Source of the DNA: Chara braunii
Taxonomy: Eukaryota > Plantae > Charophyceae
Reading direction: 5' to 3'
Assembly: GCA_003427395.1 (NCBI GenBank)
Contig: BFEA01000006.1
Location: 3,267,658-3,331,657 of the forward strand
Length of the DNA: 64,000 nucleotides
Translations under genes and position numbers: made by a program
The notes under the pieces: model-generated
The model's input: the letters and a program-made list of their open reading frames with translations, nothing else
Databases searched by the model: none
Told to the model about the DNA's origin: nothing
Shown: positions 13,259 to 26,289 of the stretch, piece after piece
Layout of the letters: every line of letters begins with the position of its first letter
Numbering within the stretch: position 1 is the stretch's first letter

Positions 13259-13318
13259 GCAGACTGTTGAGGGTTCAGCCTCCTGATGAGTCGGTGAAAC
13301 TCCGACGAAACAGTTTGT
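13259..13318 (+). ncRNA. Type III hammerhead ribozyme (intact core)
   Basis: Stem III GCAGACUGU/ACAGUUUGU; cleavage triplet GUU (13266-13268); stem I GAGG-GUUCAG-CCUC; core CUGAUGA; stem II GUCGG-UGAAACU-CCGAC; GAAA. Confidence 0.88.
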
Positions 13319-13683
13319 CACAGCCCCTCGTTTGTTGTCCTCTTCTCCCTCTCTGCCTACGGTTCACCGGGCAGCTCTGTTTGACTATATATGACAATAT
13401 ATGATTTATATATATGCCAGCGGCGTGTCTAGGGTGTAGTTTTTGGCTGTGACAGACCTTGCTTTGTTTCGTGGGTGTTTTGCTGGCTTGTGATGGGGTG
13501 TGAACCGACAATCTGTAGAGTTTTCCATCTGGTGTGGGTGAGTGATAGTCTGCTTTGATTTTTGTCACGGGTATCTTGAGGGCAGTGGTTGGTGCCCACG
13601 TCAAGGTATCAGTTGTCGGGCACAACCGGGGTTAAGGTGGATTATCACTTACAGTGTAATCAGTTAGGGGATTCTGCGGATCT

Positions 13684-13743
13684 GCAGACTGTTGAGGGTT
13701 CAGCCTCCTGATGAGTCGATGCAACTCCAACAAAACAGTTTGT
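13684..13743 (+). ncRNA. Type III hammerhead ribozyme, mutated copy
   Basis: Same sequence, but GAAA is changed to AAAA and stem II carries G>A changes, consistent with methyl-C deamination; likely inactive. Confidence 0.75.
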
Positions 13744-14574
13744 CACAGCCCTCGTTTCTTGTCCTCTTCTCCCTCTCGGCCTATATGGTTTGCCGGGCAG
13801 CTCTGTTTGACGATATATGTCAAATATATGACGATGCATATATATTCCGCAAAGTGCGCTTTTTAGTTTGTAGTGATGTGACAATATATATATATATAAC
13901 CTTTGCTATGCTGTCATCTTCATTCCACACTCCTTACTTGCCCTTGATTACCTTTTGCCTTTCTTTCCTTTGTCTTGTCTCCATCTTTTCTCTGTGTTTA
14001 TCCCCATCACCTTTACTTTACCACTTTCTCACATCGTACAAGTGGGCTGTTATGGCACACGAAGATGCGGGCAGCTCGCGTTCACCTTCAACAACCTGGC
14101 AAGCCTTGTACGTGAGAGGTACAGTAAGGGGGAGCTAAAAGAAGAATGATAAAAATTGCATTTCTCGGCATTCTCTGCCAATCTTGACCTGCCATGCTCT
14201 GAACATCCTCGCCGGTCCGGTCCTCATATTGTGAGCTCTGCCTTTCTCATCTTCCCTCCTGTCGACCTCCTGCCACCGTAATTGTCAACTACTCTTTTGG
14301 ATCTCCCTCGAGACTCCCGTGGATGGAGCCCCATGAGCTGGTAATGCTCGTTTACACCTCCTCCATTGACTTCACTCTTTCCCTTTTCCATACAGCGCCA
14401 CACTGGCTCAGTCTGCTCAAGTGTTTGTCCTCCGAGTGGTTATCTGAGTGGTTATCCTAGAAAATCTTGTTTCCCGTGTAGCATTTTACAGCCACCCTCT
14501 GTTTCTGCACACCATCCCCCTGACATGAAAAACATTACCAACTCTCTGTTGTTATTAATAGCTCTGTTTAGATC

Positions 14575-15941
14575 TGGAACGGTCTTCACCTATGGCGGTA
14601 ACAGATGCAGAACCCAGGACTCGATCCCTAGACCTTCCCCTCACCCGTGTATAGTACCGTTGACCCTGTGTGTTTGAACCCGCGACCTGATCCCTGAAAG
14701 TCGTATGCTCAACTGTTGTATATAGTGTGGTCGCAGGGGTTTGACCCGTAAACCTTAGTTTTAGTTGTCGTAGGGTCAGCGCAGGTCGTAGCTGCTGTAG
14801 TTTCGAAAGGTAACGAGAGGCAGTCCCAGCACAGTCAGCAAAGGGCAGTCCAAGTCCTTCTTAGTCCAGTCAGCAGTACCCAGTCCCAGGGTGCACTTTG
14901 TCTAGTCAGCAAGTACCATGTGGGACTGTGTACGTCCCGGGCCCAGGGTCTAAGGGCAGACCAACGACGATAGGCAGCGTTAAGTCGTTCATTCATTCTG
15001 CCTGTGAGCCGTGCGGAAGCACTGTCGGAGTGTCTTGTGCTACGGAGGTCTGCAGGTGCCCGAGGAAGAAGAGGGCTAAGAGGTGGAAGACGCGGCCGTA
15101 GCCGCAAGCTAGCATAGGAGGTAGACGGCAGCCATAGCTGCCACATAGGTTAGGGAAGGGAGTGTGTGTGTGCAGAGTGTGGGAGTGTGTGGGACATTCA
15201 GGGTGATCCTAGTGCCTGTGTGTGGGACATTTGGGGTGATCCTAGTGTGTGTGTGTGTCAGCAAAGGGCAGTCCAAGTCCTTCCTAGTCCAGTCAGCAGT
15301 ACCCAGTCCCAGGGTGCACTATGTCTAGTCAGCAAGTACCATGTGGGACTGTGTACGTCCCGGGCCAAGGGTCTAAGGGCAGACCAACGACGATAGGCAG
15401 CGTTAAGTCGTTCATTCATTCTGCCTGTGAGCCGTGCGGAAGCACTGTCGGAGCGTCTTGTGCTACGGAGGTCTGCAGGTGCCCGAGGAAGAAGAGGGCT
15501 AAGAGGAGGAAGACGCTGCTGCAGCCGCAAGCTAGCATAGGAGGGAGACGGCAGCCATAGCTGCCACATAGGATAGGGAAGGGAGTGTGTGTGTGCAGAG
15601 TGTGGGAGTGTGTGGGACATTCAGGGTGATCCTAGTGCGTGTGTGTGTGGGACATTCGGGATGATCCTAGTGTGTGTGTGTGTGTGTGTGTATGTGTGTG
15701 CAAATAAGTTGCTTGCATGTGTTTCTAATCATGACACCAAGGCTGCGGCGCAGTGGATACAGTTGATTGGGTGGGAATCATTGTCTGGCGCTATGCGCCA
15801 TAGCCAATCAAGACAAGTTTGAATATGAGCTGTGTTCCTGGCCATGCTTCATCTTTGAGCTTTGTGTGGGCACCGAGCGCCAAGTTTGTTCGTCATCTGT
15901 TTGCATGCACGCTGAAGCAAGTTGAGAAGAGTCTGAATGCA
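14575..15941 (+). repeat. 5' LTR (contains an internal ~423-bp tandem duplication)
   Basis: Aligns to 31014-31948; ends ...TGAATGCA before the PBS. Confidence 0.9.
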
Positions 15942-15942
15942 T

Positions 15943-15954
15943 TGGTATTGGAGC
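15943..15954 (+). other. Primer-binding site (initiator tRNA-Met type)
   Basis: TGGTATTGGAGC versus canonical TGGTATCAGAGC, starting 1 nt after the LTR end. Confidence 0.75.
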
Positions 15955-16470
15955 TGGTACCCGCTGTCCTGCGCGTCATCGCCGTCGTCGTCATCATGGA
16001 AGAGCGTCGTCGCCGTCATCATCATCGATGACCATCGCCGTTCACGTGGAGAGGAGGGGTGCCTTGCGCCCAGATCTCGCGCCACGCGAGCTGCCATTTT
16101 CTGTGCGCGCTGCGCCATTCGCGCACGCCCGTCGCCTTTGCGCGTATCATTGTTTCGCCGCGCGTCACTGCCCCTCTGCCTGATGCGCACAGCTGTTCGA
16201 CATGTGCCCGTTGCCCACAGCAAGCCCGTGCGCCGTGCACACCCGTTGTTTTGCGCGCACCCGCTGCCTGTTGCGCGCGCAGCTACTCTCTATGCGTCCC
16301 CGCTCCACACTGCTTATCGTGCGCGCCGCGCAGCATTTGTCTGCGCACCCGATAACTTTGAAGATTGTCGTGCGTCGAAGAAGAGTACCACCGCATCGGG
16401 GAAGAAGATTGACACCATCGTTGAAGAAGACCATCGCGTGATTGAAGACCGTGACGAAGAAGAAGACGAC

Positions 16471-16547
<77 letters not shown>

Positions 16548-17899
16548 GAGGAGGAGGGGGGGGGGGGAGAGGGGAGAAGATTGGATGCGTGAAGGAAGAA
16601 GATGAAGTGGCGGCCATAGCCATCGAGCTTGGAGTCAAAGAGGAAGGAGATTGAAGTGAAGATATAATCTAGGAAATAAAGTATAAAAAATGGGAATTCA
16701 GCTACTAATTACATATGTAAGTAAAGTAAAAGTGACAAAGGATGAGGAGAGAGAAAGAAAGGAGGAGGAAGGAGAGACTAAGGAGGAAAATAAACGGAAT
16801 AATCTAGGAAATGAAGTATACAAAATGGGAATTCAGCTACTAATTACATATGTAAGTAAAGAAAAAGTGACAAAGGAGGAGGAGAGAGAAAGAAAGGAGG
16901 AGGAAGGAGAGACTAAGGAGGAAAGAGAAGTCATAGCCAAGGTGGACGAGGAAGAGAAAAGGGGAGAGAGGAAGGTTGACGAGAGTGAAGGTCGGCGGCC
17001 ATAGCCAGGAGGTCGAAGAGATGATCAAGACAGAGTTGACTGGTGCCGAGCGAGGTTGACCAAGGTATTGACCGGCATTGACCGACGTTGATCGATGTTG
17101 AACGACGTTGACCGATGTTGATCGACGCTAACCGGCATTGATCGACGCTGACCAGCGTTGACTCAGAGTGTTGACAAAAAACGTTGACCACAAACGTTGG
17201 CCAAGCTGGAGCGCGGTATAATCTCTCCAAGCCTTGGCCTATTCCCTTACTCTGTGATTATACACACAACCTTGGTACTTGCTGAGCGTTTGTCTCTCGT
17301 CTTTCAACATCGAGTCACTTTTGTCCATGTGATAGGACTTCGTGTATGTGGTCAATAGAGTTGTGGTGACCAAACCTATACGGGACAGACCTGCAGACAA
17401 CCAAGGCCCCCAAGGACCGGTACAGACCGGCCTGCAGACAAGGCCCCCAACGACCGACCTGCAGACAAGGCCCCCAAGGACCGGTACAGACCGGCAGGTT
17501 GCTCAGTGTGGCGTGGTAGGCCTGAACTCGAGTTGTAGGCTGCGCATCTAGCTGTCTAAGTCTTGAGAGGACTTTGCTGATCGTATCGTCCTGTTTGCGA
17601 CGTTAAATAATTCTTGAGGAGTTCGGGGGATCTCCTTAAATGCCTCTTGATCAGCATAAGAGTCTTGTAGTGAGAGTTTTAGTAGTACTAGTAGTTTAGA
17701 TTGAGTTAGTGTGTAGCTAAGTCTAAGTGGTGAGGAGTGGAACCGTCATTGAGTTGTGCACCTACCATCATGGATGACTATCCGATGTATTCCTTGCTCG
17801 TGGGGTTCTCCTTGTGGGAAACCCTCTGTCAGTTCTTCTTTCCCCTAGGATTCTGGCATAACTGTTGCATGTTAAGTCATCACCAATAGTGGTACTGAG

Positions 17900-19814
17900 A
17901 CCTCCCCTTACACGAGAGAGCAGGAAGAGGAAACCGCCAGGATCCTTGCAGAACAGAGGGCGAGGAGAGAGAAGAAAGAGTTGGAGAAGAAGGCAAAGAA
18001 GGTGGCCTACTGGCAGAGAAGGCCAAGAAAGAGAAAGAGTTGGAGGAAGAATTGAAACGGCTGCAGAAAGAGGAGGAAGCAGCAGCAGCCGTAAAAGAAG
18101 AGGAAGAAGAAGATGTGGGAGGTAGAGATCCCCCTGGAGATAGTAACAGGGAGAATTGCAGAAAGAGGGGAGTCTAGTGGTGGCCAGACCAAAGAGGCAG
18201 AAGTGGAGAAGTTGGTGACTGAATGGGTGGCCAACCTAGCCCTGGGGGAGGAAGAGAAAGCAATAGTGTTCGTCCCTTGGGCGGAAAGGGAGGCGTTGGA
18301 ACAAGAGTTGGAAAGAGAGGAGGATCCCCTATGCCGACAGGCCAAGGAAGATGAAAACAATTTGGAGTGGAAGTCGTGCCTCGCGACGGAAAGAATGAGG
18401 CGATTCGAGGCGACAAAGAGGATGGAGAGAGAGTTGAGGGTTACTGAAGAGCGGCTGGGGAAGCTGGGAGAACAGGCTGACCTTAATAGAAAATTAGAGT
18501 CCATCTCCTAGAATATGACTGCCATGCTGAAAGCCCAACAAGAGCAGTTGCGTCACCTTAGGGGTCACGATATTGCTTCGCAGTCCATGCGCATAGGCTT
18601 TAAGGATTTTGTGTAGGACATGATGCTTCGCATCTCAAGCGAAATGCGCATCGCAATGGAAGGCACATAACAGTCTTGTATGGGTGCCACAGAAGGCGCC
18701 AAGATAGCAACCCCCAAGGAAGAGGAGACATGGCCACACCATGAGCGCGTGAAGGTTAGATTCCCTGAACCCTACCGTGGAAAGAAGAGAGAGGACTTTG
18801 ATAACTGGGAAGCCAATATCAGGTTTTATTTGCACTTACAGACTATCGCGCCAAAAAACCACGTTCTTGTGGCCTTCCAAGCCCCGAAAGACGAAGCGGC
18901 CAGTTTTGCTAGGTCGCTTGCACGCGCTGCCAAATGTGACAATGACATGACATATTCCTCCATTACTACTTAGAGTGAATTTTGCGCACTCTCCGCGAAC
19001 GCTTTGCAGATGTCACTAGGGGTATGAGGGCGTCTGACAAACTCCAAACAATCCATACCGTGCAGTGGAGGAGTGCACGTGCACTCAAAGCCACCATGGA
19101 TGAGTTAGTCGTTGTTCGTGGACATGGGGTGACTGAGAACCAACTTGTCCAACTCTTCTACCGCGCCATGGCTGAGCAATTGCACAGACACTTCTTCACG
19201 AGGAAGCAACAACTTGACATGACATATGACACGCTAAGTCGCGAGGTTGTTGCATTTCAGGCCCCGTCCGAATCAATAACCACTTTATGGCACAAGGACC
19301 TTGCCAAGGACCATCTCAAGCCAAGTTAAGGCCAAGGATAGTCTCATCCTTACTATGGAAGAGGGTGGTCTGGAAGAGGTCCCTTATAGCGATATAGAGT
19401 GGGGCTTTGATGATAGTGACAGTGGTAGTGGGGAGGGGAGTACCTATGTTGGTGTCAAGGCGGAGGGAGGTCGCAAGGAAGAGAAAGGGGGCCAAGGTGG
19501 CCAGGCCTCGAGTGGTCGAGGACAGGGCGGCCAGGGGGCTGGCGACAGAGGGAACCGCCAAGTGGGAGGCAGGGGTCAAGGTCCCCTGTCAAATTATCCT
19601 CGTTCTGATTGATCATCTCCCAGAGGGGGTGGTTGGCACCTTGGTCGGCTTGAGGGTCGGCCCTGGGAATTTTGAGAAGAAGGATTGGCAGGACGGATAA
19701 GACCAATTTCAATGCGTGTTCTGCGGTGACCTCGAGCACATCATCAATTTTTGCCCGAGGTACAGGGGTGCCCGAAGAGCTGCTGCTGAGTCAGCAAAAG
19801 GCAACCGCCGCTAG
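17900..19814 (+). pseudogene. gag: Gypsy gag (fragmented) with CCHC zinc knuckle
   Basis: Coiled-coil region; FPEPYRGKKREDFDNWE retrotransposon-gag motif; CVFCGDLEHIINFC knuckle at 19713-19754; stops and frameshifts. Confidence 0.8.
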
Positions 19815-19979
19815 GGGTGGCAACTGCCCTTACCTCTAGACTACGTGGAGATGAGTGCGCGCGCCAGATAGAAATTCCCACTCCACGAACGTCTATGGCA
19901 GAGGTTGTTGTCTCTCTAGGTGCTTCCCTCACATGCCTGGCAGAAAAACTGAAGGAGAGAATACCAGCCCGGGCCAAGA

Positions 19980-20069
19980 TGCAGAACGAAGGTAAGGGAC
20001 AACTATTGATAGCAGATGTAGAGGTCTTTAGAGCTAGATTAGGGGCCCTTATAGACAGTGGGGCCACAT
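19980..20069 (+). pseudogene. Aspartic protease N-half (ALIDSGAT), interrupted by an insertion
   Basis: LIDSGAT ends at the insertion and resumes as RSYISRKALKKL at 27731. Confidence 0.85.
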
Positions 20070-21749
20070 TGTCGTGCCCCCATCGCTTCCAGGGCTAGGT
20101 TTTGTGTCCCTTCCCGAGACGAGTGCAATAGGTTAGTGGACTAGCAGGCTATCACGCAGGATTTTTGGTAGGTATAAAAATCATATAACATACGAGTGCT
20201 TTCATAAACAGCCTCTGTCACTCTCCGTCATATAGTTGAGTAGTCAGGGTTATCCCTCCTGCTAGCGGCGACACACCTTAGAGTGAGGCGTCCGGGTTTA
20301 TCGCCTGCACCTGACCCCGTATAAAGGTCAGACTGAAGGTCACTGGAGTCCATATTATCCAAGAGTCCTTCAAGTGGCCTTGAATGTAACCTGTGTAATA
20401 AGAAGAAATAACATAATGTTTCATGCATCATAGAACAAATGACACTGAAAGAACAAGAAGACGAGAAACCAAACTCTGCAAGAGCTTGACCAGAAACATG
20501 AGACTGAAGAGTAGTGCACATTGAATGCAGAAGCAGCTATTGGGGGGCTGCAATCACTAATACGTCATAATAATAATGTCAATAAATGCATCGTAGTGAC
20601 CAGAAGAAATGAGCCTCGATCGATGATAATAAGTGGTACCCCCTCATGAGTAAGCTCTACTGTCTGGGACTCTGCCCTTGGCACGCACTGCTCCGACTCC
20701 TGCTCCACATCGATAACCTGGGTTGCAATGGACTCTGGCACCCAGTAGCTGATATCAAGAGACGCTGCAAGATCAATCTTGCTGATGTATGTCATGCATC
20801 TAGCCATCTCCTCGTCCGCTATACTCAGAAGGTATAGTTCCTCAACAAGGGTGATATTGCCTATAGCACCAATCAGTATCTCAATCAGTTCCTTGCCGTA
20901 GATGTAAAAGTATGAAACCTCTAAGAAACGATCTCCATAAAGCGGCTTCTGAAAACCCTGCTCGCTTGACATATAGAAATCAGTCTCCTTCGAGCAAGTA
21001 CCGTGCAAGGAAATATGCAATCCGTCGCAATGTCGCTCTCCGTTGTCGCCACTTACCGGTCTCCAACGCTTAAGCTATCAACTCGCACGACCATGGGATC
21101 AGTCTCTGTGGGTGTCCCAATCGAAGTAATCGCCAAGATCGACGTCGCTCACGCTACAAGGGTCAAGGTCAGACTCGTCAGTCTCCGATCTTTGCGTACA
21201 AGAGATCCCTGATCTGGCTATCTCGCTCCTGATCCGCTCATCCTTCTGCCTTTTCCCTTTGTTGCGTGCCTCACTGAGAGGTTCGGGATTTCACCCATCA
21301 AAGTCGAAGAGTACACCATTGGGTGCTGAAGGTATGTGAGGGAACACCACATGCAGCCAGATATCCCTCCAATAGCTCTCCCTGCAAAGTATGTAGTCGG
21401 CGATCCTGTCATAAGTGGCGCCCTCCTTCCTTCTCTGCCCCCTTTACCGAGTAGGTAACCACCAACTTGTGTCTCGAGGTAGGGGACTCGTTGGCCCTGA
21501 TGACGAAGGTCTGATGTCCGACATGTCAATAACAAAACTTCTCAACAACTTTGCCCCACTTCAGACGGTCTCATGTCGACGGGCCAGCTTGGACAATGGC
21601 TGCACTCCTGAGAGTATAGACGCTCCCTCCAACACAATACAAAATGCGTGGTCCTTCCCACTGGTTCCAAGAATAAAACAAGTAGGAGCTCGCCGGCTGC
21701 ATCAAATCAGCAACTCACAATTCGGACTCAATTGAACAGTAGTGATAGC

Positions 21750-22920
21750 AATGCCTGGGCCCGCTTGAATGGGCGCGGCTGAAAAGGCAACAACAAAACG
21801 ATGTTTGGGCCCGTCTGAGTGGGCCTGGCTGACCAGCAACAACTCGATACCTGGGCCCTCTTGAGTGGGCCTGACGGAAAAACAGCAGCAGCAATACAAC
21901 GTTTGGGCTCGCCTGAGTGAGCCGATGCCATATCTGGGCCCGCCTGAATGGGCCTGGCAACAATACAGTGTCTGAACCCTCCTGAGGGGCCTGGTTGACT
22001 AGCGGCAATGCAAAATATGGGCCCGCCAGTGCGGAGCATCATCTCAACGAGAAAACAGAGGCTGCACGTCACTGGGATAGCATGGGAAAAGCTGTAGCAA
22101 TAGCTGGACTACATGCGATTGTCTGGGCAGGGACTGATTCACAAATACTGACTGCACAGGGACTAGACTATAAATGCTGTCCGCGCAGGGAATAAAACCA
22201 CCAATATCCAGAACCGCAGGGACCAAACCGCAATTACTGTCTGCACAGGGAAAACCCGCCCGCCGCGGGGAGTAACCCGCAGAAGCCAGCGCAACAAGGA
22301 CTGCAATTACCGTCTGCATGGGAAAATACTTCCCATGCCGGGGTTAAACCGCAAGTATCTGAATTACCATCCGTCCAGGAAAAATACCGTCCACGCGGGG
22401 ATCAAACTGTAAATATCTGAATTACCGTCCAGGCAGGGAAAATACCGTCTGCGCAGGGATCAAACTGCAAATATGTGAAGTACCATCCGCGCAGGGAAAA
22501 TACTGTTTGCGCGGGAATCAAACCGCAAACATCTGAAGCACCGTCTGCGCAGGGAAAAATACCATATGTGCGGGAATCCAACTGTAAATATCTAATGCAC
22601 CAGCAGCTCTCAATTATTCAAAAACTCAACACTTGGCCTTCACTTACGGCCGAGGCGCTGTTGCCCGCAGCGTGTGCGTGATCAGCCGAGCAGGAGCTGA
22701 TCCCACGATAAACTAAATAGAATAAGATTTGCTGCGCAGGGAAAAATACCATCCGTGCGGGAATCCAACTGTAAATATCTAATGCAGCAGCAGCTCTCAA
22801 TTATTCAAAAACTCAACGCTTGGCCTTCACTTACGGCCGAGGCGCTGTTGCCCGCAGCGTGTGCGTGATCAGCCGAGCAGGAGCTGATCCCACGATAAAA
22901 TAAATAGAATAAGATTTGCT
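21750..22920. repeat. Minisatellite arrays (~50-bp GGGCCC units, ~57-bp units) and a ~185-bp tandem duplication
   Basis: Recurrent GGGCCCG..TGAGTGGGCC and GGGAAAAATACCGTC..AAATATCTGAATTACC units. Confidence 0.85.
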
Positions 22921-23050
22921 GTGCCCGGCAGCTAAGTGCTTCACTCAGCCTTCACTTAGGGCTGAGGCACTGCGGCCCGCTGCGTGTGTGGCACTGCTGC
23001 CCGCTGCGTGTGTGACCAGGCAAGCAAGAACTGATCACACTGATCATATA

Positions 23051-23564
23051 TATCTGCCTACGGTTTACCGGGCAGTTCATATCTCGTCACAAACAGAACT
23101 GCCCGGTAAACCGTAGGCAGAGAGAGAGAAGAGGATGACAAACGAGGGGCTGTGACAAACTGTTTCGTCGGAGTTTCACCGACTCATCAGGAGGCTGAAC
23201 CCTCAACAGTCTGCAGAATCCCCTCACTGATTACACTGTAAATGATAATCTACCTCAACCAAAATCAAAGTAGACTATCACTCACCCACACCAGATGGAA
23301 AACTCTACAGACTGTCGGTTCACACCCCATCACAAGCCAGCAAAACATCCACGAAACAAAGAAAGGTCTGTCACAGCCAAAAAATACACTCCAGACACGC
23401 CGCTGGCACTAGAGGCACAGCATGGCCGCCTAGTAACTGCCCCGACCACTGCCGCTCGACCTGACCCGGAAAAAACCGTAGCAGGAAGCTAGTGAAGTCG
23501 TAGTATATATCGTCACAAACAGAACTGCCCGGTAAACCGTAGGCAGAGAGAGAGAAGAGGACAA
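23051..23564 (-). mobile_element. Family-1 hammerhead element: 3' fragment + TATATA + near-full unit + short inverted fragment
   Basis: 3' fragment 23564-23510; unit 23503-23082 (with an internal ~70-bp deletion relative to 13415-13813); inverted 26-bp piece at 23051-23076. Confidence 0.8.
23155..23214 (-). ncRNA. Type III hammerhead ribozyme (intact)
   Basis: Exact reverse complement of 13259-13318 (60/60 by inspection). Confidence 0.88.
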
Positions 23565-24554
23565 CTGTGCCAGGCAGCTGAGTGCTCCACTCAACCTTCA
23601 CTTTGGGCCAGGGCACTGCTGCCCAGCATAATCAAAATAGGCACGCTGCACGACACTATTGTTGTAACCTGAGATGGGGGGACTCAACTCACTGAATCAA
23701 CAACTACAAAAGTATCGAGGCAGCGGGGACTGAATAGCTAAGCATTGTCTGCTTAAGGGCCAATCTGTGCAGGGACTGAACCGCAACGTACCATTCAGCT
23801 AGGACAGAGCCTGATTTATCTCATGAGTGGAAACTTTTTTTTTTCCCCCCCGAACCTCTTGGTTCTGGTTCCTACCATTCTGGGGAGCAACAGTCCGGTC
23901 CCTATTCCCCCGGCAAGTCAATGGAAAGTACAAAGTTCATGAGTGGCAACTGGACTGTTTATTAACACGACACGTGCAAATTCGTCCAAGCTTATACTTC
24001 TGCAGGAGGTGTGAGCAACCTTGTTCGCGTGATTGAGTTGCAAGCAAGTTTGCTGCTTTGAGCGGGCCATCCAAAGTCAGCACACGGATGTGCAGGTCCC
24101 AATTAGGATGGACGAGCTGGCACTCAGATCCTGACCAACGGAGTATGGGGCAGGCAGCCCATAAGCAATGAATGATTCAGCTTGCACTCTCGAAACTGCA
24201 GGCTCTCCGAACTCAGAGGCAAGCCAAAATTCATCTTTGAACTGACAAAGTGGCTGGTACACAGTCCGTGAGGCAGACCAACATGCAGCACTGGATCACC
24301 CATGAACTGACACTAAAATGAGCGGTTTGATCCAACACTGGAGCACGACAGGCATCCACGAGCTGCAGTGGAACTTGGGGTGCAAGTGACTCTAATCCAG
24401 TGAACGCCCTCAAGCTAGCAAACACACCGGCAGACAACAGTGATCACGCGGAAAGGAAGCAACTCCGGTCCAGAGAGCACACTGGCAAGCAGCATTCCAA
24501 CCCAAGACGGTATGCAACCTGGCACCAAACGTACAGCTTCGCACTATCAAGCCG

Positions 24555-25040
24555 ACTGGGTTAGTAGCCCTGTATTATCGGTCCCAGTGGGGGCAGTCCC
24601 ACTTTACCAATCCATGCGGGCGCACACCCTCGCGTCACCAATTCAAGTGGGAGCGCACTCCCACATTACTAATCCAAGTGGGAGCGCAGCCCCGAGTTAC
24701 TGATCGAACTCAGAGTGCAGTCCCACATCACCAACCCAAGTGGGAGCGCAGTCCCGTGTTACTGATCCAAGTGGGAGCACATTCCGGTATTACTAATCCA
24801 AGTGGGAGCACAGTCCCGTATTACTTTATCCAAGTGGGAGCGCAGTCCCGAGCTACCGATCCAAGTCAGAGTGCAGTCCCACATTACCAATCCAAGTGGG
24901 AGTGCAGTCCTGTATTACTAATCCAAGTGGGAGCGCAGTCCCGCATTACTAATCCAAGTGGGAGCGCAGTCCCGAGGTACCGATCCAAGTCAGAGTGCAG
25001 TCCCACATTACCAATCCAAGTGGGAGCGCAGTCCCGATCT
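24555..25040 (+). repeat. ~31-bp tandem minisatellite (~15 units)
   Basis: AATCCAAGTGGGAGCGCAGTCCCGCATTACT units. Confidence 0.9.
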
Positions 25041-26289
25041 AACCAATGGAGCTCATAGTGACGATTTGCAACCCCAAGCCAATCAAGGGAGCTAGCAGCA
25101 GCAGACGTGCGATCCCGACCCAATCATCAGGGCATGCAACTTCGGTCCAGCCAGCGAAGCTGTATGGCATTGATTTCGCCAGGAATAATCCTCTGCAACG
25201 GGCGCGGGCCCCCGATTCAACTAGCGAAGCGAACAGTTGTGATCTCGCTACCCCAATCCGGCAGGTGGAGGTCGCAGTAGCCGGCGCGTAGTCCAGATTC
25301 AACTCGCGGAGATCATAGCGGTGATTGCGCAATTCCGACCCGACCAGTGTAGCTAGCAGCAGCTAACGCACGACTTCGGCTTAACCAGCGAATCTCGCAG
25401 CCGTGGGCACGCAGCTCTGATCCAAGTAGTGAAGCTCACAGCAACCAGCGCACAAATCCAGCCCAACTAGCAGAGTTCGCGGCAGTAGGGGCGCGAGGCT
25501 GATCAGGAGCGCGTGCGCGCGAGGCGCAGGACTGGTGCGGGTGCATGTAGGTGCGCGCAATGCCGATGAAGCGTATAGTGGGTATGGGCGCACATGTGCG
25601 CGCCACAGTCAGCATGTTCGAGTCTGGGCGCGCATGACAACAGCGAGTTCGGCTCTGGGCTCACAGCAGGGTGTGCAGCATGTCCTGATCTGAAAGCGCA
25701 GCAAGTCCAAATCTAGGCACACGACAAATCTGAACCTAGGCGCCCGCTGTGACTGCAAGTTTCAACCTGGGTGCGCGCTACAACATCAAGTTTGAGCCTG
25801 GGCGCGCTGTGACAGTAGGCTTGAGGTCAGGCACGCGCTGATACGAGTGCATAGGTCTAAAAGAATATGCGCAGATAGGGGCACGCAGATCAATAAAAGG
25901 CGCACACAAATTTAAGGACGGCGCGAGCAGAGGGAGTAGGCGCACACAAGTTTGAAAGGGTGTGCGCACAAATTTAAATGGAGTGCACATAAGAACTCGG
26001 ATCACTGCATCCACCCAGACCAGCCCACCTTCCTCCCTTGCCTCTCCTTTGGCTTGCCTCTTCCTCAGAATTCTCTCTTCTTGCTTGCTCCCTTGTCGTA
26101 GCTCTAGTCCTGGCGCTCCGCGTGCTCCTCTACCAGCACTCGCACGCTCGAGCTGGCACGCTGCAGCGCCATAGCTCATGCAGCACGAAACGCAGTCCTT
26201 CCCAGCACGTGCACCAGCCTCTCTTATATAGTGGAGGCTGGTGCAGTCGGCCAGTCCCACTGCTTGAGCTGGTGCAAGTCGCAGGCAAC

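Larger units (their letters stand above)
13056..13813 (+). mobile_element. Head-to-tail tandem of two 5'-truncated non-coding hammerhead-ribozyme elements (family 1) in (TA)n
   Basis: Copies at ~13056-13387 and ~13415-13813 share the 3' end GGCAG(C/T)TCTGTTTG(TG)ACGA followed by TATA runs; each carries a hammerhead. Confidence 0.8.

Noticed and set aside
15937-16654. 222-aa ORF after the PBS
   Set aside because: GC-rich/microsatellite leader of the Gypsy element with no recognisable domain
24555-25040. 31-bp periodic array resembling a CRISPR
   Set aside because: Units abut with no unique spacers, there are no cas genes, and the context is eukaryotic; it is a minisatellite
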